DNA of 64,000 bases, from NCBI GenBank assembly GCA_038496445.1, contig JALMLS010000577.1, positions 372,001 to 436,000 of the forward strand. The letters run 5' to 3'. Of the stretch, positions 12,908 through 26,046 are shown piece by piece. The translations under genes were made by a program, and so were the position numbers. The notes under the pieces are model-generated. The model made no database searches and was not told the origin of the DNA. It saw only the letters and a program-made list of their open reading frames with translations. Within the stretch, counting starts at the first letter, position 1; the number at the start of each line of letters is the position of its first letter. The DNA is from Trichosphaerium sp. ATCC 40318 (taxonomy: Eukaryota > Protista > Tubulinea).

Positions 12908-15900
12908 ATGAGCGAGTTTTCATTTAACACATACACGTCTTCTCGTCCTCCTAGTAGGAAACCACCTAGCAGGGCGCCTCCACGATCATCAACACCACCT
13001 GGTAAAATGCCACCTATGCCTCCGCAGAGAACTGGTGGACTTGCGGTTGCTGATAATCAATTCGACTTTACTCAAGTGGATTCTGATACTAATATTGAAC
13101 TGGAAGACAGTGGTAAAATTAAAGCGGCTACATTTGAAAAACTGATAGAGAAACTAACATCACCAAAATTTTCAGGTACCGGATGGTTTAAAACAGTTAA
13201 AACTATGCTAAAGTTATAATAGATAACGACCTGTTATTTGATTTCCTATTAACATACAGAAGTTTCGCCACTCCGTTCGTTGTAGTCGATGCGATGATTC
13301 AAAGATATCCTTTCTACTTAATGAGCGAAAGAAAGCGCTCATTGTGCATTTTAACCGTTTATATCTATTGCGCATGCATTTTTAACCCTTTTTGCGTCTG
13401 TGCATTACCCTCTTATTTTAAAACGTATTTTCCTTAACCGTCCGTACAGTAACGACACTCATGGCTGCTGATGGTACACTTGGAAAGGAAGATAAAATTA
13501 CTGTATTCAAGTACGGTATTTTTTTTTCCTCTGTATAATAGTCTAGACGCGCTTTACAAGCAATGTAGATACAATTACGAGCGTGAATAGTCTTTTTGTT
13601 AAAAACTACGCGTTTGCGGTCAATTATATGTTGGACGTAGTTTGAGTGCTTCTCACTGCCTCTACTCACATATACGCTGACCGCCAAAATTATAAACAAA
13701 CTAGCTATTTTTCGCCGCTAGTAAACGCTTAACAAGACGATTTTTGAAGTTTACGCTTTGTTAGAGTATTTAATGTGTTTGTGCATTGGGTGGACAAGTT
13801 TTGGTTCGATTTCTCAAAAGATTGCCCAAAACTGAGCGATAAGCTAAAAGCATGGCTGAATGAGTGTAAAAAAAATGATGTCCTTGCTAATAGGCATGTA
13901 TACAACCCATTTCAACCCTAAACAAAGATCACCTTTAATTAATTTTACTTTAGCGCTAAGCGACTAGCAAATAAACTCAAGAGATGGGTACGAACATTGT
14001 CAATGTTTTAGCGCTGAACTTTTTTCGAAAAGAGAAAAAAAAACACGTGATTTTTGCGGTACAGATTGGGTCATTTATTTATTTCCGTTTAGGAAGAAGG
14101 TGAAGCTACACGTGTGCTTGAGACAGGACCTAAACCACCGAAGTCTAAAATGTTAAAAAACGCAAATTGTTTATGGTGGGAAGAGGATGCTACAGAAATC
14201 GCCAGACAATTGACTATAACTGATTGGAAGTTGTTTGAAAAAATAAGACCTTGGGAGCTACTAGGACAAGCATGGACGAAGGTAAAGACGCCAGCATTTA
14301 AGAAAAAACAGTGAATGACTTCCAACGCTTTATTATTTTTTTTTTCAAGATGGAAGCTTAGTGACTTTATAGGACAGAGAATTGGCTGCTAATGTAATAA
14401 AATGCACTGAACGGTTCAATTATGTTAGTGGGTTCATACAGACATCTATTCTCACTACAGAGAACCCAAGAAAGCGTGTTCGTGTTCTTGAAAAATGTAT
14501 TGAAGTAGGCGAGGTACGCAATGATTTTGAAGCACTTGAACCACCCTTCAGTACTCCAAAAAAACCAAGAAACCTAAACATACTTCTAGAAATGTTCTGA
14601 AATAAAGAATATCAATGCAGTCATGGAGATAGTCTCAGGTAATAAAATTACTACAAAAAAAATATGGAAAACCTTTTTACTGACATTTAAACAAAAAGGT
14701 CTTAATGCTGGTCCTGTATTTCGGTTGAAAGAAACTTTTGGTGCTATATCAAGACATCACAAAAAAGCTCTTAGTGAGCTCAATGAAATAGCAGATAGAT
14801 CTAGAAGTTATGCAAAAATGAGAGCACACCTTCAACGCCTCACTCCACCTTGTATGATTTTATATCAAATCTTTATTTCGAAAATCATTTTTTTAAACTC
14901 TGTTAAGTACTCAACGTTGTTTGTAGGTATCCCATTCTTAGGAATGTTTTTAACAGATTTAACTTTTATTGAAGAGGGAAATCCTGATACTATACGTGGA
15001 CTTGTTAACTTCTATAAACGCCGCCTTGTACGTCAATCTTTTTTCTCTGTTCTAATTGAAGGACCCATACACCACCTTAAGCATCTCTTGTGCTAATATA
15101 TGGTACTGATTACTTCTAGATTTCAGAAACAATTAGAATGATACAGCAATTCCAACAAGGAAACTATAACTTTAACCAGCAGCCACGTATACAAAAAAAG
15201 CTTAACAAGAAAAAAATACTAAAAGAAATGGATTTGTACGAGTGCTCCGAATATCTCGAAACGAGGCCTGGTAAAACGCCACCAGAGAAACCAGAGGCTC
15301 TTGGTGTACGTTATATACACTTCAAACAAGTAAGCATAACCGTTAAGCTTTATTTAGGGTAAAAAACGTCCACTATCTGAACGAGATCTTCATTTTGAGC
15401 TTCAACATGTTGAAGGTTATCCTTTCTATCCAAGAGACGGTCCTAGTAATATTTCAGTTTCTGATAACGGCATGGTTATGTATGCAACTCTACCCAAACT
15501 TGTACGATAACACTTAGCTATTCAACCGAATGTGAAGTAATTTTTTTCTTTTTAAAGGTTGAACGCGTTACACATCACATATCCTACGATTCTTCTCTCC
15601 TATCACCGTTTTTAGCAACATTTAGAACATTTACAACACCTTGTACGCTATCTTAAAACGTTAGTCTTTGCGTGTTTAACAATGAGTAGCAGAACTTCTG
15701 GAATTACTCAAGTGGAGATTTAATGTGCCTCCTTCAAAGAAAACTGATTCAGACACGCTTGAAAATTATCATAAACGGTTTAAACAACCAGTTCAGTTGA
15801 GGTTAGTTAAAATTACTCCCAACTAAAAACACAGCATGAAAATCACGTGATTTATTTTGGAGTTTAACTTCCTTTTTTTTTAAAATCAAATAGAGTAGTG

Positions 15901-18384
15901 AATTTAATGAAGGGATGGATTGATCGACATTACTATGACTTTGAAGACGATCCAAACTTGTTACAGCTTGTAAAAGCGTTTATCGACGGCGACATTGAAA
16001 ATGAAGCCGCCAATTACGCTAAGACGTTACGTTCGCTCTTAACAAAGCACGAGGATGTATGTCAAAGCATTGCTTATGTTATAATATCAATTTTAATTGT
16101 TTTAGGGTAACTCGATACAACTGGACTCTTGTCCAGCTCCGTACCTACCAACAGTACAAAAAGAAGTTAGCGACTATCAAGTACTCGATTTTAACCCTGA
16201 AGAAGTACGTTGTAGTTAATCTGAACTATCATTAACTAATACTTCTTTCTAGCTTGCTCGTCAACTCACACTACTTGACCATGAGCTATTTAATAAAATA
16301 CGACCTAGTGAACTCTATGCAAAGGCGTCTCAAGGCGCTTCTAAAACAAAAACAGCTCCTAACCTTGTGGGCTTAACTAAGCGGTATCAAAAGGTACTTC
16401 GGTTCTCAAAAGATAGGTTTCTTAAGTTTGTAGACAATGTCATGGGCTTCAGAGTTAATCAACAGGTCACGTAGCAGAGGTGAGATTACGCGTTTTGCAA
16501 TGCATTTTTAACTTTGATGTAGGAAACACACCACAGGTTTTAGACGCACTTGTGGCAACTGCAGAGGCAAGTAGATAGTGCTACATGGAAAGTAACTTTG
16601 ATTAACTAAAACTATAGCATTGTGAAAAGCTTAGCAATTGGCAAAGTATGAGAGCTATAACCAAGGCTCTAGATAAAGCATTTGTACTTGAAATGATGGA
16701 AGATTGGAAAAAAGTCAGCTTGAAAGTAAGTTAGTTCGTCTGGCGTTAGGCAACGATATACTGGTTGGTTTTTGACTTGTTTGGTAGGGCAGAAAGTATT
16801 TAAACGATAAAAAGGCTTTACTTGGCATGAAGCACCATGAAGAACTTGAAAAGATAATGCAGCGTTGCTTTGCACCTTGTGTACCTTACATGGCTGTTTT
16901 CCTTGAATCAATATCACAGCTTGAAGAGACCCATAATACAAAACCACCTAGTCCTGCACTTATACCAGTTGACCTTTACAGATCTTTTGGCAACATATTG
17001 GATCGCGTAAATAGGTACAAAATAAAAAAAAAGAAGAATCAAATTAGAATAGTCAAGTCAGGTAGTTAGTGAAGATTTTGTTTTGCGCACTTTTTTCCCT
17101 TGTATAGCCGATTCCAGGCATCTGGCCTTTTGTTTTTTATACTCTTGTAACCGAAATGATAGCATGCAACGAAAGCCTTATGCTTTACGGCCAGTACCAG
17201 TTATACAAGCTTACCTTAACCAACCTTGGAAGATTTCTCGTTCAGCTAGTTCAGACAGTTTAAGTGCCGTATCGCCAAGAGCATCTCCTAGAATGCAACG
17301 GGCTAATCAAGGTAATAGTGGTACGTACACGTCCGTCCTTTGAGCTGTAGGTTCGTTGCAAGTAAATAACGTTACTACATCGAACACAAGCTCCTGCATA
17401 ACGTTGCAGTCGCTTTGGTATGAATTATCGGTTGGTACTTACAAACACTCTAGCTTCTAATATGACAAGTATACAAGAGTTAAAACCAGTTATCATGGAT
17501 CTGCTACGTAATGATAACGAATTCAAGCAATCAATCGCTGGTGTGATCAAAGAAGTGTGGCAAGAGGAGCAAGAGAAGTTTCTACGCGAACTACGAAACA
17601 TGGAGCCACAGTACGTACATTTGCTCCTTTTAATTTACTTTGCGCCTAAAATAACCGTTTATGGCGCAAACTATGCTATTCTACGCATACTGCGCCCTTA
17701 GCGGTCGGTACTAGCGAATTTCACCTTACCAATTCTTTTTCCGACCACTGTATCTTAACGTTTATGTTGTAGGGTTGCACCGGCGACTAATGGACGAGCA
17801 ATGCCGATGGACTTTGGTTCGAGGTATACATTACAAGTTCTGGACGATTTGAAACTAATTCTTTTTTTTTAGAGCAAGACGCTTTCTGGAAGATGAGTTT
17901 TCTGGCGCACCTCTATCGACTTGGGAGTATTATGATGCTCGAGGTATAGTTAATGGAACCCCTGGTACCGTGTCAATTGATGTATTGAAGAATGGTATGC
18001 AGTGGACACTAATAACGAGGTCTCAAGACATTTGATTTGTTTACTTTTTTTTCTGCAGGTCATGATAATTACTTGTGTGGAATCGAAGAAAGATTGGACT
18101 CCAATGGTGTTAAGAGTATTATAGCGATTGGTAAAGCATATCGTGAGCATAATCCAAGCTTTAAACTCGCTTGTATTCTCATATCTCAGGATATATCTCC
18201 AGACGCATTGGCTCTTTGTCAAAGGTGTAAGATAAAGGTATGAATGCGATTACTATCGTTTTTTTTCGGTTAACAAAATGCGCGTAAAGGCAAACGTGTT
18301 TTTTGTTACATGTGATTTTTATTTGTTTATTTTGAGTAGGTATACAACACAGACGGTTCTGGACAGTTTGTTGGTGTCGCGTAG
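12908..18384 (+). CDS. RasGEF with Pro-rich N-terminus, two REM+CDC25 modules and a C-terminal DUF3782-like domain
   Basis: Module 1: [50 protein letters not shown]. Module 2: YATLPKLV, FLATFRTF, LARQLTLLD, PCVPYMAVFL. About 20 short introns. Confidence 0.9.
13305..13447 (+). other. U12-type (minor spliceosome) AT-AC intron
   Basis: 5' splice site ag|ATATCCTTT, branch site TTTTCCTTAAC at 13428-13438, AC acceptor at 13446-47 (alternative 13452-53). Splicing restores the REM frame; read-through hits a stop. Confidence 0.85.
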
Positions 18385-18791
18385 ATGACTTTAAATATTA
18401 ACAAAAACAAAAAAAAAACTGAGAAGTAAGATTGTAATGACCTTCAAGTACGCGTGTATGATAGTAATTAAAAGGAATGAAAAAAAAAAAAAAAAGAAGT
18501 CTGGTTACTTCTGGCTGTAAGTTTAGTGTGATGGCCATTCACCACAAAGGGGCCGTTTCCCAATGAATTCGTGGCTTGTTGTGAATGTCACGTTGTTTAC
18601 ACAAACCCTTGCAACCAGTCCTCTTTGATATCACTAGTTCTGATTCATTTTTCGCTTATTATAATACCTTTCTTTGTTATAGCCAATCAATAGATTCGCT
18701 CCATCCAATACAAGCTTGAATGCGCGTGTGGAATGTCAAAAGTAGTCAATACATTTTGTGTTGGAAAATTGCTTTTTGTTCAGCTTGAAGT

Positions 18792-20338
18792 ATGGAAACA
18801 GTTCCTCCAGAAATACTCTCGTTTGTCATTGATCATTTGCAGCTATCTGATGCCCGTTCATTGCGGTTGGTCAGTAAAGAGATAAATTACACTAGTAGTA
18901 TATCTAACCTATGGCTGGTACGCTAAAAATGACCGGAGGCGGCTTTTTGACAGCTTTTCGTTTTAGACGCTTTAAAACGAGCTTATAAATACATGTGTCG
19001 CGTCAAAACTTCGATTATAGCCGTTTTATTTGTTTGTGGCGTCGAAGGACTCTATTTTAAATCAAACCCATAAGGCTTGAAAATAAACGCCACCACCGCG
19101 TCCAAAACGACAAACCTCTATAAAAATTACCATTTTAAACGCCAACGTCACGTTTTCAAACCGAGAAAATTCTAAATATGTTCAAGGAATACACTACCCG
19201 CTATAAAGCTAATCTTGTGATTGGTGATGTTCTTAAATCATGTCCTCAAGGTCTTAAAAATAAACCTTACACAAACCTACATGATATCGCTACAGACAAT
19301 GACGGAAACGTACGAAACACACTCCGTAACCATTGAGAAAACAAACTGATTTTTTTTTTGTCAACAACCCTTTTCGTACACAAGTAGGAGGTTCTCAAAA
19401 AGTCTGCTACTCCTAGATTGAAAACAATAGCTTTTATCTACTTCGTATTGACAATTTCCTATTCTTCTGTTGGTCATTGCTAGAGACCTGTTTTTGATCC
19501 AAGACTTTTTTTTCTTGTTTTTTTCTGATCGATTTATTAGTTGCTCATCGCAACCTCACAGCGAGCAAATCTTGTTGGAAGTATGATAACAATTTCTAAA
19601 GTATTATTCAAAGAAAATAGATTAGAACCTCTATTCAGTTATGGAAAAGACCGTGACTGTCATATGCATGTTAATAGAAACACAAACACACTGTGGCTTG
19701 TATTTGCAAGAGAAGTAACGAGGATTGATCTCCATACTTGTACTCAAGCAGGACCTGTTATTAAGATGACAAGTCCAGAGATGATATCACCTTACAAAGA
19801 CTGGGCTATTGGTGCTTCATACACAAGAACCCGCACAAGAGATAGTTTTTATACACTTAAAATAAGACACATTGGCATTGATGCTGATGTTGTTGTTATA
19901 CCTCATCAGTTTACTTCAAAGTATGTTGGTAGTTGTAATCTTGTATCTATTGTATGTGATGGAGATGATCTTTATATAATAGATAGTTACGTTGGGTTAT
20001 ATATTATCGAAAATTGGGCAGATAAAAAAAGAGTTAAAGTAAAATTATTACTTGAACATAAAAGAAGGAATACTCCAAGTAAGAGGTTGAAGTATATGTA
20101 TAAGCTTACTGGTATGGCTATAAATGGCGCCTATTTATGGGTTGTTTCATCAGCTGGAGTGTTCAGGATATATAAACCTACTAAACGTGTTATCAAGTGT
20201 TGGCTTCGTCCTTCTGGATCAGAAAATTTGGTAATGCCTCAAAGACTTGTTTTTATTGATAAAGATATGTATGTTACTGCATGCTCTTTAGTCAATAATA
20301 CGTTATCTTATGTTTACCACGTAACTCCAGAACACTAG
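18792..20338 (+). CDS. F-box protein with beta-rich (propeller-like) C-terminus
   Basis: First exon METVPPEILSFVIDHLQLSDARSLRLVSK is an F-box; the last exon is ORF 19541-20338. Confidence 0.7.
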
Positions 20339-20656
20339 TAAAAAAAGAACAGATATTTACTTTGTAGCACAAATAAAGATAAACTTCACAAGGAACCCAA
20401 CTGTTTGAGGTGTACAATCATACTTAGGGGTAAGATCGTTCAATCTGTACACGGAAGCAACTACATTGGAACCACACAAAATTCTGACATACATAAACAC
20501 GTGATAATATCGTTATTTTCCGTAGTAAATAAAGATCCCGCTATTTAATTAAACTAAAAGTGTGAAGCCTTTAGGTTTTTATTGTTTTCTTTTGAAAAGT
20601 AGATTGTATTTTATTGATACTAGTGATGTTTTCTTTAGATGCTACTTATTTTGGTG

Positions 20657-22648
20657 CTACAATTGTTTGTCTTGATACTTGACAAACTTGAAACGCTCAA
20701 GTGTTGTGAATCCCATTTCTTTCATTACTTTTCCCGTCATATCTTTGAATTCAACAAACATACGGTTCATCACTGATCCAAGCTCTTGTGATCTTGAGTC
20801 ATCAAATCCCGCTGATTTCAATACTCTTACCCAATCTACGTCATCACTTTGTACATTGTTTGATGTTGTAGGTAGTATCCCCAATGAACCCTAAATAAAA
20901 TAAACAAACAAGATATTTAAACTAGGTTACTACATTGCCACGATTGAATGAGTCATGGTTGTCTATCAATGATTCCTTTGAAACAAGTTCTTTTGCATCA
21001 AATCGCACTTTGTCATAGTCTATTGAAGAAGGCTTGATGTACCAAGATTGTCTTGATACAAGGTTATCGGCCTCAATTGAAGAAAAGTGTTTTGAAGAGT
21101 TGGGATTGTTCTAAAAGCTATTAATCACAGAATGCGATGTGCAAGTGAACAAGGTATTACATACATTATCTCCAACATCTTGCTTTAGTTTAATTCCCAT
21201 TTTATTTTGTATGACGTCACCTATGTTTTCTAGTATCTGAATATCCTGTTTGGTTTGTCCAAACTTCTCTTGAACAATATCTTTTGACGAATTATCAGGT
21301 GGCCCAAGGTTGCATGAGTTAAAGGATTTGTATGATATTATTTCATCGGCGTCAAATTGCACTTTGCTGTGGTCTATTGAAGAAGGCTTGTTATACCATG
21401 ATTGCCTTGATACAAGGTTATCAGCCTCAATTGGTGAAATGTGTTTAGAAGAATTTTCCTAAAGATAAATTATGATGTGAAAGTCAATGTGATGTTACGT
21501 ACGTTATCTTTAACATCTTGTTTGATGTTAACATCCTCTTCATTTAGTATGTGGTCACATGCTTTTTCTAGTATCTGAAGATCTTGTTCAATTTGTCCAA
21601 ACTTCTGAGGAGCATCTTTCCCAATGTCTTTTAATATTAATGTCTCTTCAGATGCGTTCACTTTGAACATAGACTTTCTGATTGGTTTTGGAGCATCACG
21701 TATCTTCTTTTTGGCTTCTTTGTTTGATACTGTTAATAGTAGAAAGTTAAGCATTACTTATTAACTTACCATAAGTATCTGGTTTCATCATGTAAGCTAG
21801 ACAAGAATCGAATATTTCTGAAACATTATACATATTTTTAACAGAACACTCAATGTAATCAAAGGCTCCGATATCATTTGTCAATGCCTATTGGATTATT
21901 ATTTTATTTCACTGTTGGCAAAGGTTCTGAAGGTGTACAACAGCAAAAAGTCTGGTAATTTCAGTATTGTGTGCTGTGTGGAGTTTTACGGAACAAAATC
22001 GTTTAGACTTTAATTAGCACGTGTTTTGTACCTTGGTTACGAGTGATTGGTGATTGATTTTTTGCTGCTAGTTTGTTAATAGTTTCTGGGTTGTCTATTT
22101 ATTCTAACTGAGCACCAACAAGCAAATACTTAGCATCTGGACAAAAATGTTTGCTTTCTGGATACCACTATATGACCATGTTACGGCAGAGGATACAAAA
22201 GTTAAAAATGTACCAGTGTTTTTACAGCCTCAAAACTTTTGTGGTTAATAACAGAGAAAACAATGATAAACACTTCAGCTCCCTTTAAGATATTACAAAA
22301 ACAATAAGGGAGTATTTGATAAATTGTACAGCGTATCCTAGTAGTCTTAATTGATCAAAGTCTTCTTGACCAGTCTACCAATATTATAATTAGTTTCTGG
22401 TGGTTTAATTACAAGTCTTACAGTATCCCAAAGGTGCAGACACACTTTTTCACCATCGAATAAAAACTCTTCTAAAATAATGCATCAGAAAAAAAGCACG
22501 TGCATTATGTAGGCTACGCACTATTGTAATTTTTAAATACTGTGATACTTCCAGGGTATTTATTGTTGATGTATGTGAAGAGTAGTTTAGCTTTTATTCC
22601 GCGCAAATTATCACCTATAACAACGACCTTTATATTGCGTGCTGCCAT
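20657..22648 (-). CDS. Degenerate Rho/Rac-like GTPase with duplicated C-terminal module and SAM-like tail
   Basis: MAARNIKVVVIGDNLRGIKAKLL, LHLWDT/GQEDFDQLRLLGY, WYPESKHFCPDAKYLLVG, YIECSV; tail VDWVRVLKSAGF...MKEMGFTTLERFKF. Confidence 0.8.
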
Positions 22649-22872
22649 AGTAACAATACCGAGAACAGATTATCATAGGAGTTAAGGTATCTACACTTAA
22701 TCTTCATTTCTGACAGTGTTAGATCCATATCGTCCATTGGCTCCTACAAACAACAACACCAGATTGGAGAACCTATCTCTTGCCTTGATCGCTTGGTCAC
22801 AAAGCCTGATACCCTTGTTTTATTAAAAGTGGCACTCACACTAAAACAATCACTGAAAAAACCTTTTCTGAG

Positions 22873-22930
22873 TATCATTGTGGTGTTGTTTATTTCTAAT
22901 GAAAAGCGAAATAACACAGAAGAGCCTATG
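22873..22930 (+). pseudogene. Fragment of F-box-MORN gene 5' intron/exon
   Basis: tatcattgtggtgttgtttatttctaatgaaaagcga...ataacacagaagagcctatg matches 26693-26764 and the reverse complement of 12172-12241. Confidence 0.8.
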
Positions 22931-23583
22931 TAGAGATGGCAGAAATACCAGTCCGGACTGGTACGGCCCGAAACGCAAAAGACCAGTCTGTAAATGGTCC
23001 AAACGGTCCGCTGTCAAAGGGAGTACCCTTGGAAAATTGGAAAAAAATGCTGAAAATGGAATTTTGATTCAATAAATTAATGCCTTTTTTTTTTTTTGAG
23101 GTAAAGCTGGTTTATTAATAAAACCTCAGAATGCATTGGTACCCACTCCCGTGTGTTATTTCGTTTGTAGAACTTAAAACAACTTACACGTTTTATGTGA
23201 GATAAGAGATCCTCTCTTCTCAATTTTATTTATATCCTAGGAACCTAGCCTGCCAGGCTACGTGTGAATATCCACCTTTTTTTTTTTTTCACAAGCATAA
23301 AATAGTGTAGAAACTATAATGTCGCGTAAGTAATGCACTTGATGTATTTCTCTACGCGCACAAAGTGATAAAAAGACGTTTGGGTGAAAGTGTATGAAAG
23401 TAATAGAACAACACGTGATTTCTTCGGGGTAACAAGTTTTTGCGTAGAACCACCAATAAAATCCAGAAAAACTTGAATGAGTGAAGGATGTGATTCTTCT
23501 TTTTTTTCAGTGAAAGAGTCCGGCTTTTCAAACCATAGTAACGGATACAATACAGGTTTATCAACTACTTAGGCAACAAACCC

Positions 23584-26046
23584 ATGAGTGGCATTAGTAT
23601 TTATATTTTCATCTTGCTGGCTGTGTTACTAGGTAATGTTTGAGCCAGTTGTTTAAACTTCAAACGCTTACCATTGTAAAGCTTCATGTTACGCACAGGC
23701 TTGTGATGACTGCGTCCCTTGTGATTTTAGCTATTGTATGGAAAAAAGAATGGCAGGATATTGCTACCATGCTACGCGCAGCCATAGCCGAGGAGCAAGT
23801 ACGTCTTCCTTTTATTAAGTTTTTTTTTTCGAACTTTTTTTTGAAACCGACGGTAGCCATCCGAAATCAAGACTGTGTTATTGTTGATACAATAATACGC
23901 GGCATAATTGGAACTACTGGTACCAATTGCGTGTTTCTGGAACCTGGAAGCATAATAACACGTGACATTACATCGTTCAACGGAATTGATTATATTTTTG
24001 GCAATGGCGGTACTGTTCGTGATATCAAAACAGGTACGCCGTAATCGAACTCTTTTTTTTTTCTTGTGTGCTTGCTTATCAAAACATTTTATAGAGGGAG
24101 GCAATGATTGTGTTTATCTAAACAACACTCTTGCTAGAGGTAAGCTTTATTCAGCAATCGACTTTTTTTTTGCTTTAACTCACTTTTACAAAGATATACT
24201 CACTAGTGGAGGCGATGATTGGATAAAGTTGAGTGAATCTGAAGCGTACGGAGGTTATATTGTATTCTTTTTTTTTTGAAAAACTATCACGTGTTCTGGT
24301 TTCTCACCCGAACATTTTTGCTTTAGAAGAAATGTAAATTCTGGAGGCGGAGACGATTGTATTGATATCCTTGGAACGCCCCCAGCTGTTAAGCGTGAAG
24401 GTACAAGATTTTGAAGGCACAAAGTCCTTGAACAAACCAAGAAAACAAAGTTCTCTTTATCATCCTCTTCTGACTATCTTAGGTTCATACAACAAGAGGC
24501 AAATGAGCTCAATATACGAGTTAATTATTGGTGCAGGTGGAAACGATTGTATGAAACTAACTGATACTGCATTTGACGAAGCTACAGGTAGCGTAACAAA
24601 AAACAAAACTCAAACACAAATCAAAACAATCACCATCAAATGTTTGTTTTGAAGTTTTCTGGAAGTAAAATGGAAGTGCTTTTTCTCCCCACGACATCCA
24701 CAAATTGAGTCCTCAGTTACCAGACGTGGGTTATTACATCCCAGCCCTCAAGAGAGGAAGATTATGTGGTACATTTATTGATGATATGGTGAGAAAAAAA
24801 CACTTCCCGAATACTTCCAGATTTCTTCCAGATTTCCAAACTTCCCTTACGTATTTTTGTGCTTTTTCTATCTTTGTTATGACTATCTCAAAGGAAATGC
24901 TGGTTTCGATCATATGATTATGAACGATGTTATGTTTAACGCCGTAAACGCTGGTCCTGACAATGATGTCGTTGATATATGTAACTTTGATTCCTCAAGT
25001 GGTACGATTAATGGCGCAGGTGGAGACGACTGTATATCAGCCAAAGGAAGTATGCTGTTATCAATTCGAAAGCCAACGATTATAGGAGGTGGTGGCAATG
25101 ACTTGTATGGATTTTAGTCTTCTAGAAATTTAAACAAATAACTTGCTTTTTACCTAAAACTATTGACAGGTGCTGTTCTGAAGATGATTCCGCCAACATT
25201 CAGTGTGAGATAAATGACTGTACACCAATATTGAAGACGACTGAACCGCCAACAACACAGCCGCCAGTGCCACCTGGACATATTTCTTTGAATGATAAAG
25301 ACGGAGTACAAATCAATGATATGGTATCGCCTGGTACTGTTATAGACCTTATGGGTTCTCTGTGTGGTGCAGAGTTTGTAGCTGAGACAATGCAACCAGT
25401 TGTTGCCATGGAGTTTGTTGTTACCTTCCAAGGAGGAACCCCATACACATTGTAAGTCCTTTTGTATTTTGCTTTGGAAACAAAACATCTTTAACGTTCT
25501 TTGTTCTTTAGTGTTGATGAGACTGCTCCTTTTACTCTACCTGTTTCTGTTCTATACCCATCTTCAGAATGTGGATCTAATCATGATATTCTCGACGAGG
25601 TAGTCATTACAGCTACACCTTTTACAGATGTCTTCCCTGGTGGGAATAAGGGTATCCCTATATCTGTACCTGTTCAACTCAGCGGAGACACCACCGCAGC
25701 TGTTACTGGTTTTGAACTTTCCAAAGATCTCAGTGGAGGCGTTTGTAATGATCAAATCATACCAAGCTCTGCTGTTACAACAATAGAAGCCAAAATATCA
25801 GGTACTACAAACCAATAAAGTGTTGATCTATTTCTGACACTTTCTGCATTAGGTTCTGTTGGACCTGTTGACTTCTTCCTCGATTGTGAGTTCCTTCTTA
25901 CGGAGTTTGTTCTGGATTACTTCATCGCTCGTGGAGACAATGCTGCAAATTCGCTCCCATGGGATCTTCCTCCTATTGGAGAGCACATTGTCACGGTTAT
26001 TCCCAGAAATGGATTACCTCATGAGAGGCGTATTATTATCTCATAA
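23584..26046 (+). CDS. Secreted protein with Cys-rich N-terminus and RTX/hemolysin-like Gly-Asp Ca-binding repeats
   Basis: Signal exon MSGISIYIFILLAVLL; repeats GGNDCVYL, SGGDDWIKL, GGGDDCIDI, GAGGNDCMKL, GAGGDDCISA, GGGGNDL. Confidence 0.7.

Noticed and set aside
18527-18595. SECIS element
   Set aside because: No 3' GA for the non-Watson-Crick quartet, and no in-frame TGA seen in the adjacent genes.
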